Positions 25,317 to 39,232 of a stretch of 64,000 nt of DNA are shown here, piece by piece (position 1 is the stretch's first letter; each line of letters begins with the position of its first letter). The position numbers and the translations under genes are program-made. The stretch lies in contig CM119270.1 in assembly GCA_051294375.1 (NCBI GenBank), positions 2,909,213 to 2,973,212 on the forward strand, read 5' to 3'. Below the pieces are notes generated by a model, which had not been told where the DNA came from, made no database searches, and saw only the letters and a program-made list of their open reading frames with translations. Source of the DNA: Paraspadella gotoi (Eukaryota > Animalia > Chaetognatha).

Positions 25317-26980
25317 NNNNNNNNNNNNNNNNNNNNNNNNNNNNNNNNNNNNNNNNNNNNNNNNNNNNNNNNNNNNNNNNNNNNNNNNNNNNNNNNNNNN
25401 NNNNNNNNNNNNNNNNNNNNNNNNNNNNNNNNNNNNNNNNNNNNNNNNNNNNNNNNNNNNNNNNNNNNNNNNNNNNNNNNNNAAATCGAAGAAGCAGCAA
25501 CAAAAAGTTAAGTTACGCGCAGAGAGAGATTTTTTTTCTTTTCACGAATTTTACGCTTCGGCTCCTCTGTTTTTTGGGGTTTTTTTTCTTTCTTTTTTTT
25601 TTCCTTTTTTCCTTTCCCTTTTTTTCTCCTTTCCTCCTTTTCTTTTTTTTCCCCTTTTTTCATTCCTTTTTTTCTCCTTTCCTCCTTTTCTTTTTCTCCC
25701 CCTTTTTTCCTTTCCCTTTTTTTCTCCTTTCCTCCTTTTCTTTCCTTTTTCTTCCGTTCCCTCCGGTCTTTCTCACCGTCACAATGTGTCAAATTGTCCA
25801 TGGGCTGTTTACTGTTTCTTCCCTTTCTCCTTCTCCTCCTTTTTTGAGTAGTAGCTCCGCGAGAACTCTGGGAACTACGAACTCTGTAAATCTGTTCCTT
25901 CCCTTTCTCCTTCCCTTTCTCCTTCTCCTCCGCGAGAACTCTGGGAACTACGCACTCTGTAAATGACTTTGATGTCGGTCGCTCTCATTAGTTTTCTTAT
26001 ATTCAAATAATATCACATTTAATTTTTATATATTCATTTTTACTAATTCGGGACGAATAGACAAGTGACTTAATAACAAAAAACGATTTTTTATGCATAC
26101 TCTTTAGAAAATAACGATCATATGTATAAAATTAAAACAATCAATAATAAATTGTCTATTTATTGAATGAGCTTTCTTGCCTCTTGACTTTGAATAGGCT
26201 AGGTTGGTTCATGCTTTCATTCAATCAACTCTCTCTCACAGTCAACTAATTCCCTGAGAACTTAGCTTTTTTTTTACTGTTTCAATTAATTAAAGGGCTA
26301 TTAAATAATAAAAGAATCAGGTTTAAAACACTTCCTCCGACGCAACTTTTCAGAATTGAAGTTCCTTCTTTTCTGTGTCGATTCGGAGGCAGAACCAACG
26401 AGTGACTTCACAAACTTTGAAAGGAAGAAAAAAGAATTCAATCCTGTGTCGTGTTGATTTTGTTTCGGTTGTTTTTGGGAACGTGCCGCCTCTCTCTCTC
26501 TCTCTCNNNNNNNNNNNNNNNNNNNNNNNNNNNNNNNNNNNNNNNNNNNNNNNNNNNNNNNNNNNNNNNNNNNNNNNNNNNNNNNNNNNNNNNNNNNNNN
26601 NNNNNNNNNNNNNNNNNNNNNNNNNNNNNNNNNNNNNNNNNNNNNNNNNNNNNNNNNCTCTCTCTCCGATTTGTAGTTTTATAGTAACTTGCAACATTTT
26701 ACTCGAACTATAACCGATTTAACCTATATACAGCCAATACATTTAATATAGGTATTTGTTTTCTCATTATCTGAAATGAATTTAAATAATACTTACTTTT
26801 TTATATTTGTGATTTGACGTACGTAGCCAATAGTCAATAGTGATCTCGGCTCACTTTTTAAAAAACTATTTTTAGTACGGTTTTATCAAAAAATTTTTAT
26901 TTTCTTTTTCCCTTTTTTCTCTTTTCATTTCTAAGGCGACAGTCATTCAGTCAAATTCGGTTATCATTGATTTGATTTTC

Positions 26981-27070
<90 letters not shown>

Positions 27071-27464
27071 GAGGCAAACCGCCCGCAGCTTGGACTGAGG
27101 GGAGATTTCATTTGTCGGCCTCTTGGTTTCGGGGTCGCCTTGCCGCCTTGCCGCCTTGCCGCCATGCCGCCAAGCCGTCTTGGTCGAGTCTGCATATAAT
27201 TCGATTTTGGATTTTCTCTCTTATTTTTCTCCGCTCGTATTTCTCGGTTTTTTCTTGTTTTTTTTTAGATTTGATTTTATAGACTCGACAACTTTCGCTG
27301 CTAAGGAACTTTTTACTTATTCGATATCTTTTATAATCTTTTTCTCCATACAAAAACTTGTTTTCATTCAACTAAATACGTTTTGAATTGTATTTAATAT
27401 ATTGAACATTTTTTTAAAGCTATATGCCCAGTTGCCCACGTCGTCGTGATTTGAAATTTTCGTC

Positions 27465-28297
27465 ATGAAAGCTTTTAGTCTCGCGCAGATGAATTTATCG
27501 GTTTTGATATTAGCTTTCGCATTTGGTAAGTACTAAGTACTAAGTAGTCTCTTAAATTTTTTTATGAGATTTTGATGTGCCACGATCGGGGAATTAGATG
27601 GAAAATGTTTCACGTTGATTTAAAGGGAAAAAAGACTTGGAAAAAATATGTAAGAATATTTAAAATACTAAAGAAAAATATGCCGAATCGTAACAAAGCC
27701 TCCATAAGATTTAAAAAGCTTTTGAGTAGAGGCCCCCAAATTTAGGGTGTATAGAAGGATTTTTTGAAACGAATGTTATATAATCAGAGCTAAAACATTG
27801 ATTAACTTTAAATAGGCCGATGCCAGCATAAGTAAAACTATACTCGGATATCCATTATATCAGGGTCAGAAAACAGATTTATTTTTAATTCAATTTATTC
27901 TGTATATTGCATTTTTTTACTAATCTATTTAGTATTGACGTTAAAAGGCTCGTCCCTTTCCGCCGATACTACGAAAGAGAGCGAAGCCGAATATTTGTCC
28001 CAAAAATGGCGGATGTTGAAAGTGCCGCGTCGCCAGCAGAGGGACGTCCTGCAGCGGCGGGAGGACGGCAGCGACCCGTCTCGGCCGAAGAATGAAGAGA
28101 ACTGGGACGGGTTGGCGGAATTGAAGAGATGGAAACGGTCGCAGATGTGGCGGAGGTATGTCTCGGACGACCGCCACTTCATCCGAGAAGAATGGAGGCG
28201 CGCTGATCGGAATTTCTGCGGGGTGGGAGGTGCAGGATCAGTTAAAGCGGGTAGGGTGTTTGAGAGCAATGAGAACGGAGAGAGAGAGAGAGAGAGA

Positions 28298-28354
<57 letters not shown>

Positions 28355-29110
28355 GAGAGAGAGAGAAAGTAACAAAGGAAGAATATAAGAGAGAAAAATA
28401 GAATTTGATTAAAATAAAAAGAAATATATATATATGTATACATAGTCTTTGCAAAGGATATTGGAAGCCAAGATTAATTAATTAATTAACGCAACGTTGC
28501 AAAAGATTTTAAACTTAAAAGAGATTTAAAATTTTAGGCAATAAGAGAATTACATTTTTTATCCAAATCCTCTTTTTCTTCAGCATCGCCAACTCCACCG
28601 CCTGGGCGGCCATCTTGAATCGCGCCGCTACTCTCCGCTCGGTTCGTCCCTGCGACCCGGAATTCATTCTGTAATTAAAATTCGACTCAAGTTTTAAATC
28701 AAAATTAAATTACAGTCAGAAAATTACGGTTATAAACTTTAAGTTGTAGCTGATTAATCTTTTAGCTATAATACAAAATCCAGCCCCACACTGACTTACC
28801 TTCTATTCCTCACACTGACTTACTCTCTCCTTACCCACAGTTACGAGAGCGACGCCCGAATGGAGGTGGCGTTGGTGTCGTCTCCCTCCGCCACGAGAGC
28901 GATGGCCGAGTCTTACATGAAATCTCAGATTTTCTTCGCTAAAAGCGATTTCGCTAAAGTGGATTTCGCGACTGGCGCCAAGGCCGCTTTGAGGGAAATT
29001 CGCAAGGAAGATCGAACCCGAGGGACTGGTTGGTTGAACCGAGTACAATGCCATCAAGGATAGAGACATTTGAAGCAATCATGGTGGAAGCGCCATAACA
29101 CGCCATTAAA

Positions 29111-29179
<69 letters not shown>

Positions 29180-29914
29180 CTTCTCTCTCTTCTCTCTCTC
29201 TCTCTCACCCTAACGGGATTCCTTCCTGCGAATTTCCCTCAAAGCGGCCTTTGGCCGCCAGCGCGAAATCCACTTTAGGAAATCGCTTTTTAGCGAAGAA
29301 ATCGTTGAGGATTCTGTAATAGACTCGGCCATCGCTCTCGTGGCGGAGGGATGACGACACCAACGCACCCTCCATCGGGGCGTCGCTTTCTTCGTTAGCT
29401 GTGGGTAAGGAGAGAGTAAGTCAGTGCTGAGGCAATAGAAGGTAATTCAGTGTGGGCTGGATTTTGTATCATAGCTAAAAGTTTAATCAGCTAAACTTAA
29501 AGTTTCTATAAACGTAATTTTCTGACTGTAATTTAATTTTTGAATTTAAAACTTGAGTCGAATTTTAATTACTAGAATGAATTCCGGGTGCCAGGGACGA
29601 ACCGAGCGGAGAAGTAGCGGTTGCGCGATCAAGCATGCCGCCAGGCGCGTTGGAGTGGGCGATGCTGAAGAAAAAAAGAGGATTTGGATACAAAATGTAA
29701 TTCTCTTATTGCTCTAAAAATTTTTTAAATCTCTTTTAAGTTAAAATCTTTTGCACGTTGCTTAGATTAATTAATTAATTTGGCTTCCAATATCCTTTGC
29801 CAAAGACTATGCGTGTATACATATATATATATTTCTTTTTATTTTATATCAATTCCTATTTTTTCTCTCTTATATTCTTCCTTTGTTACTTTCTCTCTCT
29901 CTCTCTCTTTCTCT

Positions 29915-29976
<62 letters not shown>

Positions 29977-31116
29977 TCTCCGTCTCTCATTGCTCTCAAA
30001 CACCCCTACCCCCTTTAACTGATCCTCACCTCCCACCCCGCAGAAATTCCATTCAGCGCGCCTCCATTCTTCTCGGATGAAGTGGGTCGGTCCTCCGAGA
30101 CATTACCTCCGGCCACATTCTGACGACCGTTTCCATCTCTTCAATTTCCGCCATAACCCGTCCCAGTTTCGTCTTCCATTTCTTCGGCGAGACGGTGTCC
30201 GCTTGCCGTCTCTCCGCCGCTGCAGGACGTCCTCTGCTGGCGACGCGGGCACTTTCAAACATTCCGCCATCTTTGGGAACAAATATTCGGCTTCGCTCTC
30301 TTTTCGTAGTATCGGCGAAAGGGACCGAGCCTTTTACGTTCAATACTAAATAGTTAGTTAAAAAAAATGCAATTATACAGAATAAATTGAATTAAAATAG
30401 AATTCTGTTTTCTGACCCTGATATAATGGATATCCGAGTATTTAGTTTATACTTATGCTGGGCATCGGGCCTATTTAAAGTTAATGCAATGTTTTAGCTC
30501 TGATTATATAACATGCGTTTTCAAAAAATCCTTCTATTACACCCTAAATTTGGGGCGCCTCTACCAAAAGCTTTTAATCTAATCTCTTCGGNNNNNNNNN
30601 NNNNNNNNNNNNNNNNCCCCGGGCAACCCGGTTCTTCGGCTTAAAGTTACGGAACTGTTTTAAACGAGCCAGTGACAAGTGAAAGTCACACGGTGTCCCC
30701 TGGTGAGATGTCCCGCGCCCCCATCGTCACAGGCAATTTCACAATCGCCATAATGTCCCGCATTTAGTGAAAAGACTGAAAAGAAGATCTAAAGATTTAA
30801 TGTCATGTCATGTCATGTCATCCCAATTTTGTTATCCCCAATCCCCAAATCCCTCTTCAATCCCCTAAATCCCCTCACCCTTCCCCCCACCCCCCCTGCC
30901 AAAAAGACGCACCCCATCTGGCGTCTCCTCTTCGAGACACTCAACGTCCACGGAGATCTCGACCCGACTTCCCCCAATTGGGCCGTCGACGAGTTCCGCG
31001 ACCACTTCCCACGCGAAGACCCGAATCCCAGCGACGAAGAAATTGTGGAGAAGATGGCGCGTTACTACATCGACGCCAATCTCGACTCCTTCAGGCAATT
31101 CTCCGCTCCTTGCTGA
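27465..31116 (+). CDS. Putative secreted precursor protein (signal peptide, pro-region, RWKR cleavage site); exons 27465-27525, 27933-28155, 28584-28670, 28841-~29010, ..., 30907-31116 (stop)
   Basis: Exon 1 MKAFSLAQMNLSVLILAFAF G|gtaagt joins in phase 1 to (V)LTLKGSSLSADTTKESEAEY...LAELKRWKRSQMWR, then phase 2 to SIANSTAWAAILNRAATLRSVRPCDPEFIL, then phase 2 to YESDARMEVALVSS...DFATGAKAALREIRKE. Last exon THPIWRLLFETLNVHGDLDPTSPNWAVDEF...FSAPC*. The middle is disrupted by a fold-back duplication and a gap, so linkage of the last exon is inferred. Confidence 0.75.
27705..30591. repeat. Fold-back inverted duplication, arms ~27705-29010 and ~29210-30591; probable chimeric-read artefact
   Basis: The right arm is the indel-riddled reverse complement of the left. 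The apex has ~100 bp of unalignable sequence plus (CT)n, and the arm ends at an N-gap. Confidence 0.9.
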
Positions 31117-31535
31117 TGGAGGGAGTCCTGGCTGATGGAGCGGCTCTCGGCTCCCTTCGCTCGTTAATTCATTCGCAAACGTAGGGAGTTTTCCTGTTGT
31201 TTCGTTTTCTTTTTTTCTGGACAAGATGCGTGGTGATAATCCGAATTGTATTCTAATTGTGTCGTTATTATCTTTTCACTTTGTAATTTATAAATACATA
31301 TCTTCTGCGGTCTGTCGTTAAACCAAAAAAAAAAGGTCACGCTGTCACTCCCTGATCAATTTGAGTTTCTCTTGTAATCGTCTCGGAAAATTCTTTCTCA
31401 ACCGTCAACGATTTTTTTTTTCAAACTTTTTATTTTGAAACAAAAAAATTAATAATTTCGCCCCAAATTTTTAACTGATTTTTTATTTCCTTTTTTCGTT
31501 TATCTGTCAAGTAAAATGTCTGCAAATCCATCGAC

Positions 31536-31810
31536 TTAAACCGGATATAACTTTTTTTTTCTCCTCAATAAAAAGTCAGTCAGTCTTCCCGCCAATTGCG
31601 AAACCCTCAAGAGTTTATCGTCTTTTGCGACAATCGGGGTTTTGGTCGTCAAGAACCAGATTCCACGGGCGGTTGGAGGTTTTTCCAGTGGCAGCGGGAG
31701 GTGGAACCAAGAAAATCCCAATTTCCGCGAAAATCGAGAAAAGTTGTAAAACTTTAAAAAGTTCCAAGAAAACTCGAAACACGTTCCTCCACTCCATCCT
31801 TCACAGATCC
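31536..31810 (-). CDS. Possible terminal exon of a minus-strand gene
   Basis: Strong minus-strand acceptor cttttctttttttag|GATC at 31810, followed by open frames (e.g. ICEGWSGGTCFEFSW...LYPV*). No recognisable homology and the frame is unknown. Confidence 0.25.
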
Positions 31811-31969
31811 TAAAAAAAGAAAAGTTTGAAAAATCTCAATTCTCAGCTTTTAGCACTTTCCTCTTCCTCTTCCTCCTCCTCTTCCTCCTCCTCTTCTTCC
31901 TCCCTCAATCGTGAACAAAAAAAAATAAAGTCACTTCTTTTTTAATTTTTTTTTCTCGCTCGAAATGTG

Positions 31970-32500
31970 TAGAGGAAAGAGAAAGGAGGAAATGAAGGAA
32001 AGAAAAAAAAGAAAGAAAAGAAGAAACACTAGAAAAAAGGAAGAAGGAAAGAAAAGATGAAAAACAGTGAGAAAGAGAAGGAAAGGACAAAAGTGTGGAA
32101 AAACGTGATGAGGCGTGGAGGAAAGGCGGAGGAAAGGATAGAAGGAGATGGAGGAAGGAGAGGAGGAAATGGAGGGAAAGAAGAGAGAGGATAGGAGAAA
32201 GGAGAGGATGGAGAAGGAGGCAAAGGAAAGAAGGAAGAATGGAGGAAAGAAAAGGAGGAGCTGGGGAAAGGAGAAGATAGATGAGAGAGAACAGAGAGAG
32301 AAGGAGTAGAAGAAGGAAAGGAAAGGAGGAATGGAGAGAACAGGGAGAGGAAGAGGTGAGGACAGAAAGAGGAGCGAGATTGGAGGAAAGAAAGAAGGAG
32401 ATGGAGGAAAGGAGAGGAGATGGAGGAAAGGAGAGAAAGAGATGAAGGAAAGGAGTGAAAATAGAGGAAGAAGATAAAAGAAAAGGAGAGAAAGCAAAAT
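31970..32500. repeat. Purine-rich low-complexity tract
   Basis: Near-pure A/G; source of the L/S/F/P pseudo-ORFs on the minus strand. Confidence 0.9.
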
Positions 32501-32843
32501 AAAGGCGAGGGTGATTTTTCTTCCTCCTTCCACGAGTTGTGGCAACCAATAACGGATTTCGACAGGAAAGTGAGAAAACCCAGATTTTTTGATTTTTTCT
32601 TTAGAGGGGCTTTCTCTTCTTTCTTTCTTTCTTTCTTTCTTTCNNNNNNNNNNNNNNNNNNNNNNNNNNNNNNNNNNNNNNNNNNNNNNNNNNNNNNNNN
32701 NNNNNNNNNNNNNNNNNNNNNNNNNNNNNNNNNNNNNNNNNNNNNNNNNNNNNNNNNNNNNNNNNNNNNNNNNNNNNNNNNNNNNNNNNNNNNNNNNNNN
32801 NNNNNNNNNNNNNNNNNNNNNNNNNNNNNNNNNNNNNNNNNNT

Positions 32844-32875
<32 letters not shown>

Positions 32876-33201
32876 TATTTTGAGTTTCCTCCTCAGATTT
32901 ACTTGTTTCTTTTTACATATTTATGAATTGTTTCCACCAATAAAAATTCACGTAGACAGGGAGAGAAAGAAATAAAAAAGAATGTCAGCTCGGGAACGAA
33001 TTTTTGGGAATAAAATATTAAGCGTCTTTGAATTCGGATGTAATTTACTTCAATTGGGTGGGATTTCATTAAACCCGGATGTAATAGCGACACAAAGTAC
33101 AAGAAAGACTTAAATCAGTGTCGTGTCGGCTTCAAGAATAAATTTCCCAAACGAGGTACTATCGTCGTAGATTCTCTTTGTTCGAAAGAAAGAAAGAAAA
33201 A

Positions 33202-33233
<32 letters not shown>

Positions 33234-34290
33234 ATAGAAAAAAAGAAAGAAAGAAAGAAAGAAAGAAAGGTGTGTTTATGTTGCAAAAAAGTCTGACTTC
33301 ATATGTATAACAAAAGTGTCATTCTTTCTCTTTCCCAAATTAACAAAAAGTCTGAACACTGGATTCTGTCTGGACGTTTANNNNNNNNNNNNNNNNNNNN
33401 NNNNNNNNNNNNNNNNNNNNNNNNNNNNNNNNNNNNNNNNNNNNNNNNNNNNNNNNNNNNNNNNNNNNNNNNNNNNNNNNATTGGGTTCAGTTTCTTTCT
33501 GACTACTTTTTTTTCTCCAGAGATAAGATGAACCGTGCCTCCATTCTAATAAGAGATCCGGGCAATAACGTGACTTTGGCATGACGAGAGACAGACGAGA
33601 TTGAGAGAGAGAGATAAAGAGAGAAACGGAGGTTCAATCAATGAGTCGACCTCTGCGCAGAGAGGTGTCATCGCATCGGGTCAGTCGGGTTGTTGAGAAC
33701 AGCAGTCAGCTTAGCTGAGCGTCGAAACGAGTTGATGAAAAACTCTGCATGCACTGAACGAGGAGAAAGATGAGGAGGAAGGTGGAAAAAAAGTGAAAAG
33801 GAACGCGAGATCGGCACGAGAGAGAGACGCAGATGACGAGTAGAGATGAGAACGAGAAAGAAAGAGGAAGAAGAAGAGCACGAGATCACAAGGAGCCGAT
33901 GGACGAGAGAGGGAGGAGAGAGAGTAATAGACGATGAGAGGAGGAGGACCTCAAAGCGTTCTGTTTCAAATATCAATCGTCTCAACCCTAAATAAATCCG
34001 CTCTTTGGCCGAGAAAAAAAAAATCGATCGATCGCTTTAATAAACCTCGATCAAAATCGCGAATCGACGCGAAGAGGAGAAGTGCAACGATTATTGTAGT
34101 AATTTCGCTAAATGTTAATATTATCCCTCGCGCGCGAAGACTTATTTCAATTGAGCGATTACATTCGGGCATTTAAGCGTTAAGAAGAGGAATGAAGAAG
34201 CAGACAAAAAGTATATTAGTGCGAGTATGAATCTTTTTACTTTCTCAATTACACTTTTATCCGTCGCTCGAGAATTCGGCTAGTCCCAAC

Positions 34291-34675
34291 GGCCTGATTT
34301 CCGCGAACGACCGGTTTTATTCTTAAATTCGAATTAATTAGTTAAGAGTTAAATTAAAAGGTTTGGCTACAGGGTTAGGTTAGCGGATATAAGTTGGTAA
34401 TCTATGGTCTAGGATTAGGCTAGAGTTATAGTATGATGGAAGTCTATTGGATTTAGTTAGGTTTATTAGTTAATACGAATAGGGTTAGGATTGCTTATAT
34501 CAAGTACATAAGGTATATGTTTAGTTAAAATATGTAGTAAAAATAAATAGTGACATATGAAAATATTTTTTTTTGATTGCGTTTTAAAATTAAGAGAAAA
34601 ATAAAGATGTTTCATTTATGTCTTTTACAAGAACAAGGATGAAAGTAAACAGAAAATAGGCGCTTGGAAAAGACC
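34291..34675. mobile_element. Small TIR element with TTAGG(G)-like interior, family member 3
   Basis: Left ggcctgatttccgcgaacgaccggtttt; right aaaataggcgcttggaaaagacc; interior gggttaggttag..ggattaggctag..agggttagg. Confidence 0.55.
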
Positions 34676-35097
34676 AGAGATAAGCTTTTCATTAAATAAA
34701 CCGACCAGACAAAAATAACATTTACTAAAAAGATAGATAAATAATAAATGGAAGAAACGAAAGCATAAAGAACAGATAAGAACATAAAAACGCAGACGGA
34801 AACGCCCAGACCCTATACTCCCCATAACCATACCGATTCACCATAACCATTTTCCTTCCCATACCTTACCATACCAATCATATCATAGCATACCAGACTT
34901 TTTCCCGTCTTCACATAAATAACATACCTTCCGAAAAAGCAGCGTGAGATGATACCTTTTTTCTTTTTTTTTTCCTTTTTCTTTGTTCCTTTTTTTACTT
35001 CTTTTTGTGCCTCGTTTATCAGCGAGTCAGCGGAGGCGCTATTCATACTTGCTTGCTTACCTTTCCATTTTTGGGTTCTTCCTCGCCGCTATTCTTG

Positions 35098-35130
<33 letters not shown>

Positions 35131-35810
35131 CTGGTCTCTGCTCTCTCTCTGCTCTCTCTCCTCTCATCTCTCTCTCTCTCTCCGTCGTCCGCCATCACTA
35201 TTGCCATTTTTCCTGCTATGCTCGACCGCCACGCGAGAACGCAAAAGACCTCTATTATGTCTTTTCTTCTTTTTTTTAGTCCAAAGAAACAAAAGAGAGC
35301 CTCTTGCCTCTTTTTTTCTTTAAACATAGGAGGCCAGAAAAGATAGGGGCGGCTGCGGTTGAGCCGTTCGAGGAGATAATCGATTGAAAAGGAGAGAAAC
35401 AAAAGGACGCGGCAGAAAAAGACAAAAATGTATGGCCAAACCATTTAATGGTGATTTAGTGTATTTAACATTAGAAGAGAAAATTTCTTAGTGGACTTTT
35501 ACAAAGTGTATGTTTTATATATTTCGATTTACGTTCTAGAGAAATAATTTTTCAGGTCAAGTCTAATAACAAACTTGAATCATTAGATTATTTGTTATAA
35601 AGCATTGCCGTTTAAAAAAGATTACTATCTTATCAGAGATGAATTAAATCGAAGATATTGGGAAAAAAAAGAACTTGCACTTGTTAAAACCCACTTCAAG
35701 AATTTCTATTTTAATTTAAATGTATTTTAAATGATTAAAATAAAATGTTTCTTTACTTTCGATATTTCGGCTACAGGGTCCAATGATCAAGCGGCTTCGT
35801 TTCATCTCTC

Positions 35811-35857
<47 letters not shown>

Positions 35858-36709
35858 GTCTCTCTCTCTTGACTCCATGACTTTTCTACTCTCTTTCTGT
35901 CTTTTTAGTTTGAGTCACTTTGTTTTAGTTTTTTGAATTCTCGTTCTCCTTTTTTTTCCCTTTTCCGAGAGAGTTAATGATTTATCCTCATTTGTCTTTA
36001 TCCCCTTCCATAATTTAAAGGGTTTTGAATTTCTCACATTTAGTTTGGTATTCAAAGAATTACCGATGGTTTTCAAATTTAGATTATCTAATAAAATAAT
36101 TTTTTTCCATAATAATTTATTAAATATTAGCGCCTGTAAAAGAGAAAAAGGTCAAAATGGATCTTGTGATATAAAATTGACGTTGGATACGCGAGACATT
36201 AAGACAAGTATAGTTCTGTCATTTGTTTCGTACTTCCGGGTTTATTAACAGATGTCAGCTTGTGTAAACCTCATCGTTTTCTCAACAAAAGAACAAAGAT
36301 TTTCTTTTCTCTCGAAATGCATAAATAAACTCACAAAAATGTCGCCACCGTCTTTGTATTCACTTAGATTTAGAACAAAACATAAAAAAAAACAAAATAT
36401 CACGATTGCACTTGAAATGTTTCGATATCACTTATCAGGCACAGAATTTTTGCACTGAATTTGATTATTGAGAGAATTTATTTCATCTATTTTTTTCCCC
36501 CGAACGTTGTAAAAATTAAGCAAACCTCGTGTATATGATAAATATTTTGAACTCTATCGTCGATTAACCCGAAAAGTATAAATCGTCCAATTAATTTCTT
36601 TTCCCCTGTTTTTTTTTTCCTTCTTTTTTTAAAAAAAACTTTCTCTCCTTTTCGTTTCTTTGTCCTCTGTCTCTGTCCCTCACTTTTTCGTCTCTCTCTC
36701 TCTCTCTCC

Positions 36710-36748
<39 letters not shown>

Positions 36749-37629
36749 CTCTCTCTCTCTCTCTGTCCCTCACTTTTTCGTCTTTTCCCGTGTCGATTTC
36801 TTTGTCACTCCTGTCAAATTTCGTTGTCCTCCGTGTCAATTCATTCTTTCTAACCCCGTATCGTTTTCTCTGTCACGTGTCTATTGATTTCCTCGCAAAA
36901 AATGTCTTTCTCTTTTATTCCTCTCTTCACCCCCTCTCACCCCCCCCCCTCGGCACTCCTCGTTCTTCTCACATCCGTGTGAATTTCTTTATTTTGTTTT
37001 TCTCCTCGTGTCATTTGTTGTCCTTTTCATCGTTTGTCTGTTTCTCATTCTTTTATTTTTTTCCCCGCCAAAACTGTTTTTCTTTCTCTTGTTTCTGTCT
37101 CTGTTTTTCTGTTCTACGGTCGCACATTCCCTTACCCCTTTTTCCTCCTCTTTTTGATTAACCGGTACTAAACAACGAAACGAAACGAACAAAAACCAAA
37201 ACACAAAACAGTTCGATTCAAAAGCGAGGCTCCACGCCCACAAAAACGGCCGACAGAGGGATCCACGAGTCCAACAACGTCCTGAACAAGCCTCAAAATT
37301 CTCCTCGAATCTCGAAAGAACGAACACGACGACGGAGACGACGACGACGACTCTCCCCCCACCCTTCCTCTTCCTCCTCTTCCTCCTCCGCGAATAAACC
37401 GCCCCCTTCCACCCGATCTTCCTCCTCTTCCTCCTCGCCTCCTTGCCGCGATGCAAGCGAACTCTGGGCGGAGGATTCGACCCTCACCGCGGTTACGGTC
37501 GCCTTCCGGAAGACTTCTCGATTACGACGACGATGACGACGACGACGACGAGAGGATGACTACGACCTCTGGCCTCGTTTCCGTTTTCCAGGTCAGGGTT
37601 GTGTTTCGTTTTAAACGACATCAGAGTGA

Positions 37630-38240
37630 CTATAGACCGGCTTGGTCGCGCCTCGTGACGTGATTGGTCTTTCTCTTTTCTTCTTTTTTTTTCGAGCTGA
37701 CCAATCGCAATCAATGTCACTTAACCATTCTCAAGAAGCGAAAGTACAGTTTGTTCTTGGAACGGTTATAAAAAGATTAATAAAAGATTAAAAATTAATA
37801 AATAATTAATGAAAGAGTGATCTAGATATATTCCTTGGCAATCCCGTCCGTCGTCGAACCTCATGATTCTGCTTCCGTTGGTCATTGGCTAATGGATATC
37901 CCTTGGCTGGAGTTAAGTCTGTGATTGGTCATGCTGTGAGTGACCGAAAGGAGAAACTATCACGTGACAAGACCACCAAGTCCCACAATAGGTTCCGTCG
38001 TGATGAGGAAGTGAATATAGGGTTAGCGATGGGCGAATGACTTTTGGGGGGGGCGTGGGGCGCTGGAAAATCGGTGGGTGAAATGACGAAAAGTGGCGTC
38101 CGGCGCAGCGGCAGCGCGCGGCCCGCAGGCGTGCAGCTTAAGGATTATTCCTTCTCGCCGTTGCCCGTCTTTCGTTCGCCCGCTTCTGCCTGCTTCCGCT
38201 TCTGCCCGTTCCGCTTCCGGCCCGTCGTTTCTTACTCATC
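37630..38240 (+). promoter_or_regulatory. CpG-rich housekeeping-type promoter, possibly of the downstream carrier gene
   Basis: CCAAT/ATTGG boxes at ~37662, 37700, 37883 and 37923; TCACGTGAC at ~37960; GGGGCGTGGGGCG GC-box at ~38048; then a GC-rich leader-like stretch (38090-38230). Strand and target gene are inferred. Confidence 0.45.
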
Positions 38241-39198
38241 ACAAAGCGTTTCTATTGTCTTCGTGAATAATATATGCATTGTCTTCAAATAATTAATATT
38301 GTAATGTTATTTTGGTTTTTTCAATATTTAAATGCCTTTCATTGCTTGTTATTTATCGTCTCCCTCGTTGTAAGAATTTTACTGAGAAAAATTAAAAACG
38401 CTTTGTGAGCGAAAAAAAAATTGATGCAAAATTTTTTCATCCTTTTTATCGGATTCTTTTTTTTTTTTCTTTTTTGGTTTTCTTTTAAATTTAGATTTGA
38501 TTAGAAATTACTAGTTTTTTTTCTATTTTAAAATCATATTTAGTTTTTAATTTTGCCTAATAAGTGAAATATCGATTTTCTTGTCGCAAGTGTTAAACTA
38601 AACGCGCGTAGTAGGATGCTATTGATTAAATGATTAAAAACTTAATGATTAGAAAAACAAAATCACGACACTTCTGTAGTTTTCGTTAGTTTTTTTTTTT
38701 TCATTCAATACATACGAGAGTCTTAGGCCGCGTTAGAATGAAATAAATTAGAGAAGTTACTAGTTACTGTAGTCCACGCTGTCAGAGCGTTTGTTTTATA
38801 AAAAGCCGTAATACTGTAATGTCTCCTTATCTATAAGTATGGAGCAATTCTAAGTATTCGTGGCGTTGTTGTAAACTCATTTAAAGCATGAGAAGCTCAA
38901 TTCTTTCTTCTTTCCGTTTTATTAATTTTTTTTTAATCAAAAAAGTATTGATTTAATTTTCGTAAAACTACGTAGGAGTGATATGACATTCGCAAACAAA
39001 TTGTAAACAAATCAGTTAAATAACTCGTCTACTTGATTTCCTAATGAATAACAAAATAATGTACACATTTTCATCGTGCGTATTTAAAATTTTATCATAA
39101 AATAGAATCGTGTCTATAGCTATATTTCTAAACTATAAAAATAGAAAAAACATAGAGTTGATTCCTTGACATTCAAATCATTCTTCTTTTTAACCTGA

Positions 39199-39232
<34 letters not shown>

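Noticed and set aside
25854-25965. Duplicated 36-bp motif ctccgcgagaactctgggaactacg.actctgtaaat as ZNF143-associated sites
   Set aside because: It does not match the ACTACAnnTCCCA consensus; it is probably a simple local duplication.
28841-31116. Tim44/MAIP1-like mitochondrial protein, suggested by DFATGAKAAL and F..L.....PNWAV
   Set aside because: The spliced model begins with a secretory-type hydrophobic leader and a furin-type site, and the motif similarity is too short to assign.
37451-37591. First coding exon MQANSGRR...VSVFQ|gtcagg as the start of the host gene for the orphan exon
   Set aside because: It ends in phase 0 whereas the orphan exon needs phase 2, has no signal or TM segment, and is largely (GAC)n; it cannot be supported without transcripts.
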